The notes under the pieces are model-generated. The model had not been told where the DNA came from. It did not search any database and worked only from the letters and a program-made list of their open reading frames with translations. Below are positions 49,331-61,390 of a stretch of 64,000 nt of DNA, piece after piece. Source of the stretch: Octopus vulgaris (Eukaryota); the NCBI GenBank assembly GCA_951406725.2, contig OX597815.1, forward strand, positions 2,790,001-2,854,000, written 5' to 3'. Position numbers and translations under genes: made by a program. Position 1 is the stretch's first letter, and each line of letters starts with the position of its first letter.

Positions 49331-51432
49331 GGCCGCCGTATGTTTGTGAACTTATTCTTGTCCATACTAAATTACTGAGCAGCAATTTCCATGAGCACAT
49401 GGCTGAAACGATTAAGTTGAACTTAAAGGAGGTGCGGACCCCCTCCCATCCACCCAGGATAAGCAAACAACCACCATCTAACCATCCAGAGCACCCACCC
49501 ACCCACCAACTGACTAACACCAAAGAGTGTACCACGGAGGGTTGCGCCTGGCAGTGCATCCACCCGTCGTCAGTTGTGAGTCCTGACAGAGCAAAGCCTG
49601 GCAGTGCATCCACCCACCCGATTGTAGAGAGCAGACAACTCACTTTCATTTCCTCACTGGTGATGATTCAAGCCAAGGATAGTTCAATAGCATTTCAACT
49701 CGTTAATGACGAGCAGAGGACGACTCCTTGGTTGGGTCGAGACAGTCAGATAATAAGGAAGCTACTGAGCTAGCTTAGACACTCCCCCAAGATCATCAAG
49801 GTATTTTATGATCGAAGTGTGACTTGAATTGTTTTGTCAATTCGCTTGCAGTCTGCCTTGGGTTCTTCTCAACTACGGTATTCAGAAACTCAGAAACGAC
49901 AGATCTTGGTTGTCCTGAGCAAGGAGAATCTGCGAGAGAAGAATTTCCCGAGGGACACTGGCCAAACCCTCGTTGACATGTCCGAAAGTTTCATTTTCGT
50001 AGACAGAACAAATGTTTCTTGCTGTTTCTATTTTTGAAAAGCTGTTTTTGAATTCAAACAGTTGGCATTATAGATTTGATTTAAACTCATTTTAAAGGGG
50101 TAAAAATCGATATGAATTTTACCACTACGGTATGAAGTAATCTGAAGAGAAAGAAAACAAAAACAAAAGCAGATTAAAACGTGAAGGTTAATGCTCATTT
50201 TATGGTAAGCATTAAAAAGTACCCTTAAAGTAATGAGGTAAAACATGCGACAGGACTTTTCCCCCAACTTAATACACACAGTTCTCTATTTGGAAAACAG
50301 ACTACCATTCCGATGTTATCGCAGTTATCAAGGTTGTGATGCCCCAAATACAAATAGACAAACAAAAATGATTAAGGTTTTTACCACAAAATGAAAGGTT
50401 GGATCAGCATTTATTATTGAATAATGGAAATGCAACGTATTTCAACTGTAGCGTGAGAACTAGTCCGATACAGACCTTCGCAGCGTAGATTCTATCAAAG
50501 AAGTCAAAATCAAGTATTTCGTAATAATTGTCGACTTCGCTATTGATTTCAGCACTGCTGACGAATTTTCTTTATCGGGTATCGATATGTAGCAGTAAAC
50601 TGAGATGTAGTGGAGCAATTTATGCCACTTAATTCAGCGAATTACCTGGAGTAAAGTCTGAAGGTATTTCCAATAATCAAAAACCTTGAACTGTTATTGT
50701 TTCTTTTGGTCAGTCTCACAATGATGCGAACATCACATCGAGTAAACCCCCAGATTCGCTCATTTCATACAACTGCATATATAACTTGACTGTGCTTTTT
50801 GCAATAAGCACCAATGTCCAAACTCGGTTTGTGTTTTGTTTCTCTGACAGATTAACTTGTTTTTCAGTTCTGAAAAAATGACACATTCATGTCAGATCTT
50901 TCGCAATGGTTCTGAAGAAAATTTGTGATACAAAATAGGCATCCAGGAAAAAGTAGAGTTTGTTTGGGAATCTATCGGCACTGACAACTGTTCCACAAAG
51001 AATTCTGGAGATTCTGATAAAAATCATATTCCTACTCAGCCCCGACATAAAAGGTGTACCTGAAATAGTCAATACTTACGAAGTCTTAACTATTCTGATA
51101 TTCTACAGTGAAGTGCTAGACAAAGTTTTCAGTTTATCCGTATATTTACATAATCGTAGACGAGATCTGGTAACAGTTTCTTATCTGAGTCAGCTTTTTC
51201 AGAAAAAGAAAAAAAAAAAAGAACCGAAAAATATGCGAAATGAATATAAATTTCAATTTAAACAGACTGAAAAGGAAGTTACTGGGTTTGCTCAAAAAAA
51301 TGTGATATCGATACGGAATTTAGGCAACACAGGACGTAAAAAGACAAATATTCTCTGATGGAATTGCAGAAGATGAAGAAGAAATATTTGATTCTCGAAA
51401 GAAATGCGTAGTTGAATCCTACTTTTGTGTGT

Positions 51433-51469
<37 letters not shown>

Positions 51470-51472
51470 TGT

Positions 51473-51771
51473 GGAGGCGCAATGGCCCAGTGGTTAGGGC
51501 AGCGAACTCGCGGTCGTAGGATCGCGGTTTCGATTCCCAGACCGGGCGTTGTGAGTGTTTATTGAGCGAAAACACCTAAAAGCTCCACGAGGCTCCGGCA
51601 GGGGGTGGTGATCCCTGTTGTACTCTTTCACCACTCTTTCTCCCACTCTTTCTTCTGTTGGCCTGCTCGCTTAGCCACCGGGGTGGCGTTATTCGAAGGC
51701 TAAAACAATGCGAACGCATTGTGACCAGCGATGTGTAACTACATCTGATGGACTGGTCGGTCACGTGATCA
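51473..51771 (+). mobile_element. tRNA-derived SINE family D (tail type 1)
   Basis: TGGCCCAGTGG (A box) and GGTTTCGATTCC (B box). The tail also occurs alone at about 24745-24853. Confidence 0.85.
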
Positions 51772-51802
51772 CATACACACATACACACACACACACCAAT
51801 AT

Positions 51803-52204
51803 ATTCTTTTAGTTGTTTCAGTCATTTGACTGCGGCCATGCTGAAGCACCGCCTTTAGTCGAGCAAATCGACCCCAGGACTTATTCTTTGTAAGCCTAGT
51901 ACTTATTCTATCGGTCTCTTTTTCCGAACCGCTAGTTACGGGGACGTAAGCACACCAGCATCGGTTGTCAAGCGATGGTGGTGGTGGTGGTGATGGTGGG
52001 ACAAACACAGACACACACATACATACAAGCACACATATATACGACGGGCTTCTTACAGTTTCCGCCTACCAAATCCACTCACAAGGCTTTGGTCAGCCCG
52101 AGGCTATAGTGGAAGACACTTGCCCAAGATGCCATGCAGTGGAACTGAACCCGGAACCATATAGTTGCTAAGCAAGCTACTTAACACACAGCCACACCTG
52201 CGCC
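51803..52204 (-). mobile_element. SINE family A
   Basis: Homologous to 3801-4184. Confidence 0.9.
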
Positions 52205-52305
52205 TGTGTGTGTGTGTATAAAGCAGATAAATGATCTGAATATTTTATAAACATGGCGTCTAAATTTAGTGCAAAGCTCAAAATGTAGTGAAACTGAAAT
52301 CGTAC

Positions 52306-52498
52306 AAGACTCCTACATGAAGCACTTATAATTAAAAACTCATATATCGAGCACTTATAGCCAAAGACTCGTACATGGAGCACTCGTAGTTAAAGACTCC
52401 TACATGAAGCACTTATAATTAAAAACTCATATATCGAGCACTTATAGCCAAAGACTCGTACATGGAGCACTCGTAGTTAAAGACTCGTGCATGGAGCA
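52306..52498. repeat. 29-bp minisatellite with an exact 87-bp higher-order duplication
   Basis: 52306-52392 is identical to 52393-52479; each consists of three diverged AA(G/A)ACTC..AGCACT subunits. Confidence 0.9.
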
Positions 52499-52659
52499 AT
52501 CTTAGTCAGACTTGTAGGAACGGATACTGGGTACGAGCAGCGAGGCAAATGTCGAACAGCCAATCATCAACAGCATCAATTCATGACCACCGATCACATG
52601 TATTTACTCTTAAACTATCCACTTTGTACCAGCTCCTTCCATCCTTGCCAGCCCAAACA

Positions 52660-53041
52660 GTTAGAGACCGATCGTGGCCGTGGTGATCTCATTCTCGCTC
52701 ACAACATCATAAGCGGAAAGTGTAACCTCTCGAAAGAGCTGTTCTTCACTCCTGCTCCAGAGCGTCAGCTGCGGGGTCATTCCGAAAAGCTCTACCTGCG
52801 ACGATTTCATCTCAATCGAAGGAGAGGAGCTTTCTCCGTCCGGGTTGCGGATCCGTGGAACAAGCTGCCAGACGAGATGGTGAAGATGCCGACGACCGCT
52901 TTGTTCAAAGTCTCCCTTGACCTCAAGTGGCCTGAATTCTTTACATGAACACCACCCTGTACTTAACTCCATGTCCCCCTACATGGCCTTACTATTTGCT
53001 TTTGAGCCAAAAATTAACTAACTAACTAACTAACTAACTAA
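52660..53041 (+). mobile_element. CR1-clade LINE 3' end with (TAAC)n tail
   Basis: RGDLILAHNII..FF..LRGHSEKL..RRGAFSVRVADPWNKLPDEMV..FKVSLD, with an intact frame. Confidence 0.9.
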
Positions 53042-53884
53042 GTGACATAAAATCGTTGCTTCGTTTTATAATGGACGATGGCTGAGGATTTGTGGTAACT
53101 GTACAGAAAGATATTCGGTTATTGAAGTGGATTATAATACAGTAATTTGTTTTAAAGGGTACTCCGTCTGTAACGACGACGAGTGTTCCAGTTAATCCGA
53201 TCAACGGAACAGCCGGCTCTTGAAATTAACGTGCAAGTAGCTGAGTACTCCACAAACACGCCTACCCTTTAACGTAGTTCTCTCGGGGATTCAGCGAGGT
53301 ACAGAATGTGAAAAGGCTGGCCCCTTGAAATATAAGTACTTCTCATTTTTGCCAGTTGAGTGGACTGGAGTAACGTGAGATGAAATGCCTTGCTCAAGGA
53401 CAGAACGTGCCTTCGCAATACTGTAATGAATAATGGTACATTTTGGTTATCTCACCCCCATTAAAAAATTGGGTTATTTCTCCCGTTTTAGAGAAATATC
53501 GGTACTTATGGACATCTGCCTCAACTTTAAAAAAATGTTTAACACTCAATAAAACAACAACAAAAAACTGAAGAAATTAATAAACATGAAAAGTGGGAAG
53601 ATAGAACATCTTACTGAATCTTTATTCTTTTATTTGTTTCAGTCATTTGACTGCGGCTATGCTGGAGCACTGCCTTTAGTCGAACAAATCGACTCCAGTA
53701 CTTATTCTTTGTAAGCCTAGTACTTATTCTATTGATGTATTTTGCCGAACTGCTAAGTTTCGGAGACGTAAACACACCAGCATCGGTTGTCAAGCGATGT
53801 TGGGGGGGACGAACACAGACATGCAAACATAGATCGCCAGCCACTACACATTCTTTATTTTCTCTCCCTGATATTTCTGTGTTC

Positions 53885-53920
53885 CTTTCTGTAGAAGAGC
53901 GTAGGCTTGAAACGTTAAAG
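53885..53920 (+). ncRNA. Variant minimal hammerhead-like motif (CUGUAGA core)
   Basis: CUUU CUGUAGA A GAGC guag GCUU GAAA CG UU AAAG. Confidence 0.5.
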
Positions 53921-54035
53921 ACTTTTTTACTTCCCGGGCGTTAAACTAATATATCTGTTTGTTGTCTACACCACATGTCTTCGTCTTTTGTTTTTTTGTG
54001 AATTCTCCCCATATATATATATATATATATATATA

Positions 54036-55771
54036 CTAGCATTATGACCCATCGTTGCCGGGTCATAGTGCTAGTACATGTATATATGTGTATATATATA
54101 TGTGTACATATTACATGTACATCTATATATATATATATACATCTACACATAAAATACAAAATACAAAGTTATATCTTGATATCGCTAGTGATAACAATAC
54201 TCAAAATATATAACAGACTGGAATTGTAGGCCAGTCTCTTGCAATTTCGATCAATTGTATTTTGTCTTCCCTCTTGTATAGAAGTGTGGCTACAATCCAG
54301 CCTACCTCTACTTCAGGGGGGACATTTTAAATTTTTGTCCGAGGTAAAAATAAAATATTTCCACTTTGCAAGGTTCGAGTCGAACACTCCCTTGCACGCT
54401 CCGTTGACTCGAACCTTGCTTCTATTGTGGCGAATTTACCACCTCTGGTTAGATATCTTTCATAGTCACACCAAGACACTTTTCAATGGTACTTTCCTCC
54501 AGGTGTTCAAATCTTGTTTTTCTCTACATTGTATACTTTATAGACAATAGTCTTTTCTTCAATTTAATGTTTTATTTCGTTTGGTGGTGTTATCCTAGAT
54601 TCGCCGTCTTTGTCGCTGATCAATCCGAAATAGGTTTGTATTTCTTCCATTTTAATTTTAATGAGTTCGCGTCCGCCGACGGCTGCAGCGAAATTCATTT
54701 TTGGACTTTCTTCTATCGAAGGCATTCTAACAAAAATGCTTCCGTGTAAACGGTGAAAATATTGTCAATTTCCCCAAACAGGGACACAATTCAATTTTTA
54801 AACAATAACCAAAGCTCCTTCTCCCAAAGGGGGAGGGTTAGGGTTTACAATTATTTAACAAATGCAACACAACAACGCTTCCCTTACGAGGAACCAACAA
54901 ACGTGATAACAATAGTTAAACAATAATAATAATAACTACAAACCTTACAGTGAATCAAAAAGCAGTACTCTGTTGAAGCTATAGTCCTTTATGTATAAGA
55001 AATAAACCAACAGCAGTACTCAGTAGAAGCCTCTTTCGAGAAAACAGACATTACATACAGCCAAACTCCATATAGATACTTAATGCTAGCTAATTAGCAG
55101 ATAATCTAATGTAAAAGCCGTGGTAAACGGTATGTGCACAGCTTCATCTGGACTATTCCATTTCTGCACTTAAATTTTATTTTTTATTTATTCCCATTCA
55201 TGTGAAACCACTTATTCAAGTTCAAGTCATTGATGCAATTTTATGCCAATTGCTATTTTTACTTTTGTTATGTTACGATTATTTTATACTTTAGTTTGAT
55301 TTTAATTATTACTTACTACATATAATTCAATTGTTATTATTATTTTTATTGTTAAAGTGAAAGTATCTGACATAAAATAGAGAAATGTTTTTGTTTCACT
55401 TTTAACACGTAATACTGAAATAGTGGAGAAGATATGTATTGCTATGGGCTCGCCCTAGGCAAGAAGTTGAGCATTTTTTTTTTGCCCATGAAACTACATG
55501 GACCCTAAGTAAGGCATGTGTAAAATTTGAATGAAATTGGTTGTGTAGTTCTCAAGTTTTAGGGAATCGTAGTGGAGAAGATATGATATTGCTGTGGGCT
55601 CGCCCTAGGCAAAAGGTTAAAAAAAATTTTTGCCGATGACACTCCCCGGACCCTAAGTAAGGCATGTATAAAATTTGAATGAGATTGGTTGTGTAGTTCT
55701 CAAGTTTTAGGGAAACACACAGATAGACAGACAGACACACACACATTCTCAGTTTTATATATAGAGAGAGA
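54036..55771 (-). mobile_element. Non-autonomous Helitron with internal cargo
   Basis: A|TCTCTCTCTATATATAAAA 5' end and a 3' hairpin CTAGCACTATGACCCGGCAACGATGGGTCATAATGCTAG|T. Internal tandem duplication of about 149 bp at 55421-55713. Confidence 0.7.
54230..54730 (-). pseudogene. Degenerate L1/Tx1-like ORF1 fragment
   Basis: MPSIEESPKMNFAAAVGG..IEKCL..RGGKFATIEARF..NVPPEVEVGWIVATL, with stops and frameshifts. Confidence 0.4.
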
Positions 55772-55775
55772 TATC

Positions 55776-55860
55776 TGTAAATATAATGTGACAATTACTC
55801 GGCATCCAAAACTCAGAGTTTTATCTTGGCTACCGAATAATTGTCACATATTATTTTACA
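55776..55860. repeat. 85-nt imperfect hairpin
   Basis: TGTAAATATAATGTGACAATTACTCGG / CCGAATAATTGTCACATATTATTTTACA. Confidence 0.8.
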
Positions 55861-55925
55861 AATAAATTCCTCTATTTACATAATATTGATGTCCCTTTCT
55901 TTCTTTTGTTATCTTACCGTTTTTA

Positions 55926-55999
<74 letters not shown>

Positions 56000-56480
56000 A
56001 CGGGCTTCTTTCAGTTTCCATCTACCAAATCCACTCACATGAGTTTGGTTGGCTCGAGGCTATAGTAGAAGACACTCGTCCAAGGTGCCACGCAGTGGGA
56101 CTGAACCCGGAACCATGTGGTTGGTTAGCAAGCTACTTACCACACAGCCACTCCTGCGCCTGATAATATTTCTATAACAAGCCATTCCATTCCTATTGAA
56201 GAGGCCAAACGTCAAGAATGTGTTGAAGTACTGAATCAAAAGGTTCAAACTCTTTGAATCCAATCTCTTGTCGCCACATAAACCCGATTTTTTAGTGGGG
56301 AGATAACACAATTTTTATAATGGCAATTTTTTAATGGGGGTGAGATAACCAAAATCTACCTGAATAACTTTACAAACATCGAGTTTAGACCCAAAAGGTT
56401 GTTGCACTTTCTACAATTTTCATCTTTCTTTTAGTTTTACGCTTAAAACGTATAAGAATTTAGATGACGCGTTTTCATTG

Positions 56481-56720
56481 CCTTGTTTCAGTCATTTGAC
56501 TGTGGCCATGCTGGAGCACACCTTTAGTCGAATAAACCTAACCCAGGACTTATTCTTTGTATGCCTAGTACTTATTCTACCGGGATCTTTTGCTGAACCG
56601 CCAGATTACGGAGATGTAAACACACCAACATCGGTTGTGAAGCGATGGTGGGGAGGACAAACATATACACACAAATACACACACATATACACACTCACAC
56701 ACACACACACACACACACAT

Positions 56721-56765
<45 letters not shown>

Positions 56766-56909
56766 TATATATATATTTAAGACGGGCTTCTTTCAGTTTC
56801 CATATACCAAATCTTTTCACAAAGGTTTGGTCGTCCCGAGGCTATAGTAGAAGACACTCACCGAAGGTGCCACGCAATGGGACTGAACCCGGAACCATGT
56901 GGTTTGGAG
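56481..56909 (-). mobile_element. SINE family A, degenerate
   Basis: Homologous to 3801-4184. Confidence 0.8.
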
Positions 56910-56962
56910 CAATATAACTTTATGAGTTTGTTGCAAAATTAACTTTGTACTGTGTTTTCATA

Positions 56963-57332
56963 TCTCTCTATATATAAACGGCAAAATGTCTGTCTGTGTG
57001 TGTGTGTGTCCTTTATACAAATCCACAATTTTTCAGTTAGAGAGCTCGCACTTTCTATGGTCATTCAAAACCGTCCGAGACTGGTCGTGCACATCTTTAC
57101 ACTTCCCCACTCACCCCGCAAAACCATTAAAAATCAATAGAAGTGATTCTTTGTGAATTTTCTATCCAAAACCCAGTCAAAATGCCTGAAACTTGATACG
57201 CCAATTGAATGCCAGCTAGCTGTATGTGATTGGTCGGAGAATTGGACAGTACTCGCGTGTATGTGCGTGCGCGCGCACGCAGCTGTATATGCATGCTCTA
57301 GCACTATGACCCGGCAACGCCGGGTCATAGTG
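56963..57332 (+). mobile_element. Short non-autonomous Helitron
   Basis: A|TCTCTCTATATATAAA start and the same 3' hairpin CACTATGACCCGGCAACGCCGGGTCATAGTG as at 54036-54075. Confidence 0.75.
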
Positions 57333-57804
57333 ATTCGATTTTGAATACAAAAATTGAATTTGTAAATACTTTGGTATGTCTCCTGTTGTCATTTCTTACG
57401 TGCTCTCGCTTCCGTCAACTTCATCATCACCTCCATCAAATACACTGCCGCCGCCACCACCACCACCACCATCGTGATTATTAGCAACATCACAGTCATG
57501 GTAACTATTAACACCACGACCACCGCCGATTGTCGCCAGCGCCGTCGCCGCCGCCACCATAATATTATCGTCGTCGTCATCATCATCATCATCATCGAAA
57601 CACGAGCTAACTAGAGAAATAGCAACTTAAACTCTCCGAAATCGCACCATGTCGTGTTAAAAAAGGAAGAACACATTGGATAATGAACACGCTAGAAACA
57701 CTATCTGACTTAGGCGGGTTGGTCGCGGTTGGAACCATTTTTGATCACGAGTCTGTTTGATCAGAACCGAGACAGAGCTTAACGACAACAGCAACAACAA
57801 CAAC

Positions 57805-58750
57805 ACCTTAAAGACTTGCTGTCACCACTCACTGCCGAAGCCGGGCGCCGCCTGTTGGGCGCAATTACGGCCCTCATTAACAGATTCATTTACGGTGCCC
57901 TAAGCTTGAAATGCCGTGACCCCTTGCTCTAGGTCTGCCTCACCCGTGCTCCGTCTACTGACCTGCTCTTCATTGCTCCGAGCAGCATGACTTCTGTCAA
58001 CATCTGATGCCTGGACGATGCGACGATAGGTGGGCCAGTAAAGGCTGTCTGTCACGATCTCCGACGAGTGGTTCCCGCCGTAGCGAGGATCGACCTCAAG
58101 ATAAACTTGTCCAAGTCAGAGGTGGTGAACGTCAACTACGACGCAGAGGAATTTGCGGCCTCCATCTCGGACGTACGTTCACGACCTCACCAGGTACAGG
58201 AGACCTCGAAAGAGGACGTCCTTATCCTCGATTCGCTGATCCTCCCGCTTGCCATTCGCTCCACTCTCAAGTCTTGGCTTCGCTTCTTGCTGCAGCCACT
58301 TACCTTCCCTCACTGATCTCGACGTCTATATTCAACGGACTGCCGAAGAGATAGGCAACGTTCGGTTCAATGACACTGGATTGCAACAGGCCACCTTTAC
58401 CATTAAATATGGCGGCCTTAGCCTTCAATCTCCGGTCTCACAAGCCCTGCTGGCTTTTCTCTCGTCGGTGACCTCTTGCCCTGTCCTCAATAACAGGGTT
58501 CTCCAAAACACAACTGAACCATCTGTGATTGGGGGACACAAGCTTTATGGTCACATTGGAAACTTCGAGCGTTTTTGGCCCCCGGATCAGAACTCTGCTC
58601 ACCGCTATAGGGGTGAAGATTGCTGTCCGCAAGAGCGAGTCAGAGTGGCTGTTACAGCGCATATCCCTCACCATCCTCCGGGGAAACGGGTTTTCCATGC
58701 AGTCCACTGGGACCATGAGGTGCTCTGACTTACAGGAAATTTTACGTTGA
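57805..58750 (+). mobile_element. CRE-clade non-LTR retrotransposon, internally deleted
   Basis: (W)CLDDATIGG..LKINLSKSEV (RT), QQAT..IKYGGL..ALLAFLSS, and LETSSVFGP..EWLLQRISLTILRGN (RLE C-terminus). Confidence 0.8.
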
Positions 58751-58844
58751 TGCAAAGAGATGCGTACATTACACAGCAGCAACAACAATTAGTCGACTTG
58801 TTGTAGTCGAGGGCTCTTCGTTGACGCCCGACACCACTAGGAGG

Positions 58845-59587
58845 TGGCCCTCGAAGTCGCTGGAAATGGAGATCTCCTAGTCCAAATTCTTGAATGGCCC
58901 TCCGCTTTGCAGAAGATTAAAGCAGCTCACCCAACACTACCCCCCAAGACCGAAGACGAACTTGAAATCGTCATCCTCCTTTCAAACCTCAGTGACAACG
59001 GGTGCCAGATAACCTTCACCTGGTGCCCTAGCCATTGCGGAATCCCCGGCAACGACTTGGCAGACGAGAAGGCCAAAGCCGGCGGCACGGAAGTAGACCA
59101 GTCAACAGCCCACCTAAGACGCAGCGAAAGCAGCGATCCGCCGGGCACTTAAACCATTTCCCTTCAAACTCGAAAGAGTCAGGAGGATCTACGGCGACCA
59201 TGGAGATGAAGTGAGCAGAACCGCTGATTCATCTCTAACCAGGCAGCAGCAGGTGACACTCAGCCGACTTAGAAGGGGTCATCACCCGGACCACAAGTAC
59301 TGGCTCTACAAGATCGACCGAGCCATAGAGAGAACTTGCAGAAAGTGCCGGGTGGGAGAGGAGACGGCGGGACATGTCATCAACGACTGTCCACGGATCC
59401 ATCGCCCGCCGCAAATGCCAACCCCTCCAGACACTCTGGTCGGTGACCCTCTCCTTGTCCTTCGGATCTGGGAAAAGTGGACTTCCGCTCCCGACCTGCC
59501 AGATGCCTCCCAACCCACAGAACGGACGCAGTGAAATCACCCTTACCCGTCTTGTTGCTTAACAACAACAACAACAACAGCAACAAC
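58845..59587 (+). mobile_element. RNase H-bearing LINE 3' end (I/Ingi/Nimb-like group) with (AAC)n tail
   Basis: ITFTWCPSHCGIPGNDLADEKAK (RNase H), LSRLRRGH and C..C...EETAGHVINDCP (CCHC finger). Confidence 0.85.
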
Positions 59588-59951
59588 CCATGGAGGGAAT
59601 CATCACGTGGCTGCTTGATCTGCTAGAAGTAGCGGTCAAATCTCTCTCAGATTACACTCTGCTGCTTCAGAGAAAAGAAGGACACATTGGTTAATGTAGT
59701 CCAAGATGCATTACGGCCTCAAAGAAAATATGAGGGAAGGTCACTTGTGGAATGTCTCTTTAGTCATAGGTCTTGATTGGTCACGTAGACATCTATGACA
59801 AAATAAATACGAATCATCATCATCATCATCATCATCAAAACATCAATGTTTTTCTGTTGCAATGACGACGGTGTCCCTGGTGAAAAGCACCGGTTTATTT
59901 ATTAACGACGTAAAACGCAAGCACACACACGCACATATACATACATACATA

Positions 59952-60003
<52 letters not shown>

Positions 60004-60099
60004 CACATACATACATGCATACATGCATGCGTACATACATACATACAAATACAAAAATGTAATATGATCATTGTTCACTTCATCTCAATTACAGAGCCC

Positions 60100-60370
60100 G
60101 GGTGGTGGTATTGGTGGTGGTGGTGGTGGTGGTGGAGGTGGAGTGTGTGTGTGTGGGTGATGATATCGGTGAGGGTAGCGTTGATGATGTTGGGTGGTGG
60201 CGTGGGTGGTGATGATGCTGATGCTGACGGTGGCGGTCGTGGTGATGATGGTGATGGTGGTGGTGGTGGTTTGGGTACGATAGCGGGATGATGCTAGTGG
60301 TGACGGGGGCGATGGCGGTGACGGTGGTAGTGGTGACGGTGGTGGTGGTGGTGGTGGTGGTGATGGTAGC
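60100..60370. repeat. (GGT/GAT)n low-complexity tract
   Basis: Read directly. Confidence 0.85.
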
Positions 60371-60792
60371 CTAGTGTGGGGGGTAGGGAAATCTGCAAGT
60401 CTCCAACGGGGTGTGTAAAAACAACAGCTAGATAGATTGGCTATAGTAAATAAATAGATAAATAAATAAATAAATAAAAGTAGGTCGTAATCATGTGGGT
60501 CGGTTTTGGGAGGGGGAGGAGGCAAACGGAGGGGAGGGGAGAGGGAGAATGTTAAGACGGGGTAGGAGGAGGAGGAGGGGGTAAGGGGAGGAGGTCAACC
60601 AAGTAAAGACGTCCATTTAGTTCAAACAACTTGGGGTGTTTGTCAAGGGTATTATGTGAACAGCAGCGGGGTGGCGAAGAGACGTGGAGAGAGAGAGAGA
60701 GAGACTGAACGCAATGAAAGACGCAAAAAGGAAAGAACGACACGTTTTATACATACATACACACGTATATATTACGTACACACGTATATATA

Positions 60793-61209
60793 CTCTTTTA
60801 CTCTTTTACTCTTTTACTTGTTTCAGTCATTTGATTGCGGCCATGCTGGAGCACCGCCTTTTAATCGAGCAAATCGACCCCGAGACTTATTCTTTGTAAG
60901 CCCAGTATTTATGCTATCGGTCTCTTTTTGCTGAACCGCTAAGTGACGGGGACATAAACACACCAGCATCGGTTGTCAAGCAATGCTAGGGGGACAAACA
61001 CAGACACACAAACACACACACATACATATATATATATACATATATACGACAGGTTTCTTTCAGTTTCCGTCTACCAAATCCACTCACAAGGCATTGGTCG
61101 GCCCGGGGCTACAGCAGAAGATACTTGCCCAAGATGCCACTCAGTTGGACTGAACCCGGAACTATGTGGTTGGTTAGCAAGCTACTTACCACACAGCCAC
61201 TCCTGCGCC
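60793..61209 (-). mobile_element. SINE family A, full length
   Basis: Homologous to 3801-4184. A divergently oriented head half follows at 61389-61535 (+). Confidence 0.9.
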
Positions 61210-61264
<55 letters not shown>

Positions 61265-61321
61265 CGTACACAGCTGATACCTCCCTAAGAGCCAGTTACA
61301 TTTAATATGGTCTATGTTTAT

Positions 61322-61390
<69 letters not shown>

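Larger units (their letters stand above)
47880..50090 (-). mobile_element. mariner transposon split by two nested insertions
   Basis: LFEFK..ETARNICSVY..LADSPCSGQP..VEKNPRQTASEL..IITSEE (49640-50090); NNIQRK.QW..KPGLHPK (48680-48785); WWDMKGIVY..PSDTHLFRSLQHYLEGKRF (47900-48340). Confidence 0.82.
53620..56160 (-). mobile_element. SINE family A split by about 2.1 kb of nested inserts
   Basis: Tail half 53620-53830 and head half 55997-56160, in the same orientation. Confidence 0.75.
53435..56360 (-). mobile_element. Merlin-superfamily non-autonomous DNA transposon carrying nested insertions
   Basis: About 37-bp TIR GGTA(C/G)ATTTTGGTTATCTCACCCCCATTAAAAAATTG at both ends; 8-bp flanks TGAATAAT/TGAATAAC; remnant FMWRQEIGFKEFEPFDSVLQHILDVWPLQ* at 56193-56285. 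Confidence 0.8.

Noticed and set aside
50300-51360. Possible pseudogene or LINE endonuclease remnant (LLNNGNATYF)
   Set aside because: A single weak motif with many stops; cannot be supported without a search.
51473-51545. tRNA gene
   Set aside because: A/B boxes are present, but there is no proper acceptor stem and it continues into a SINE body.
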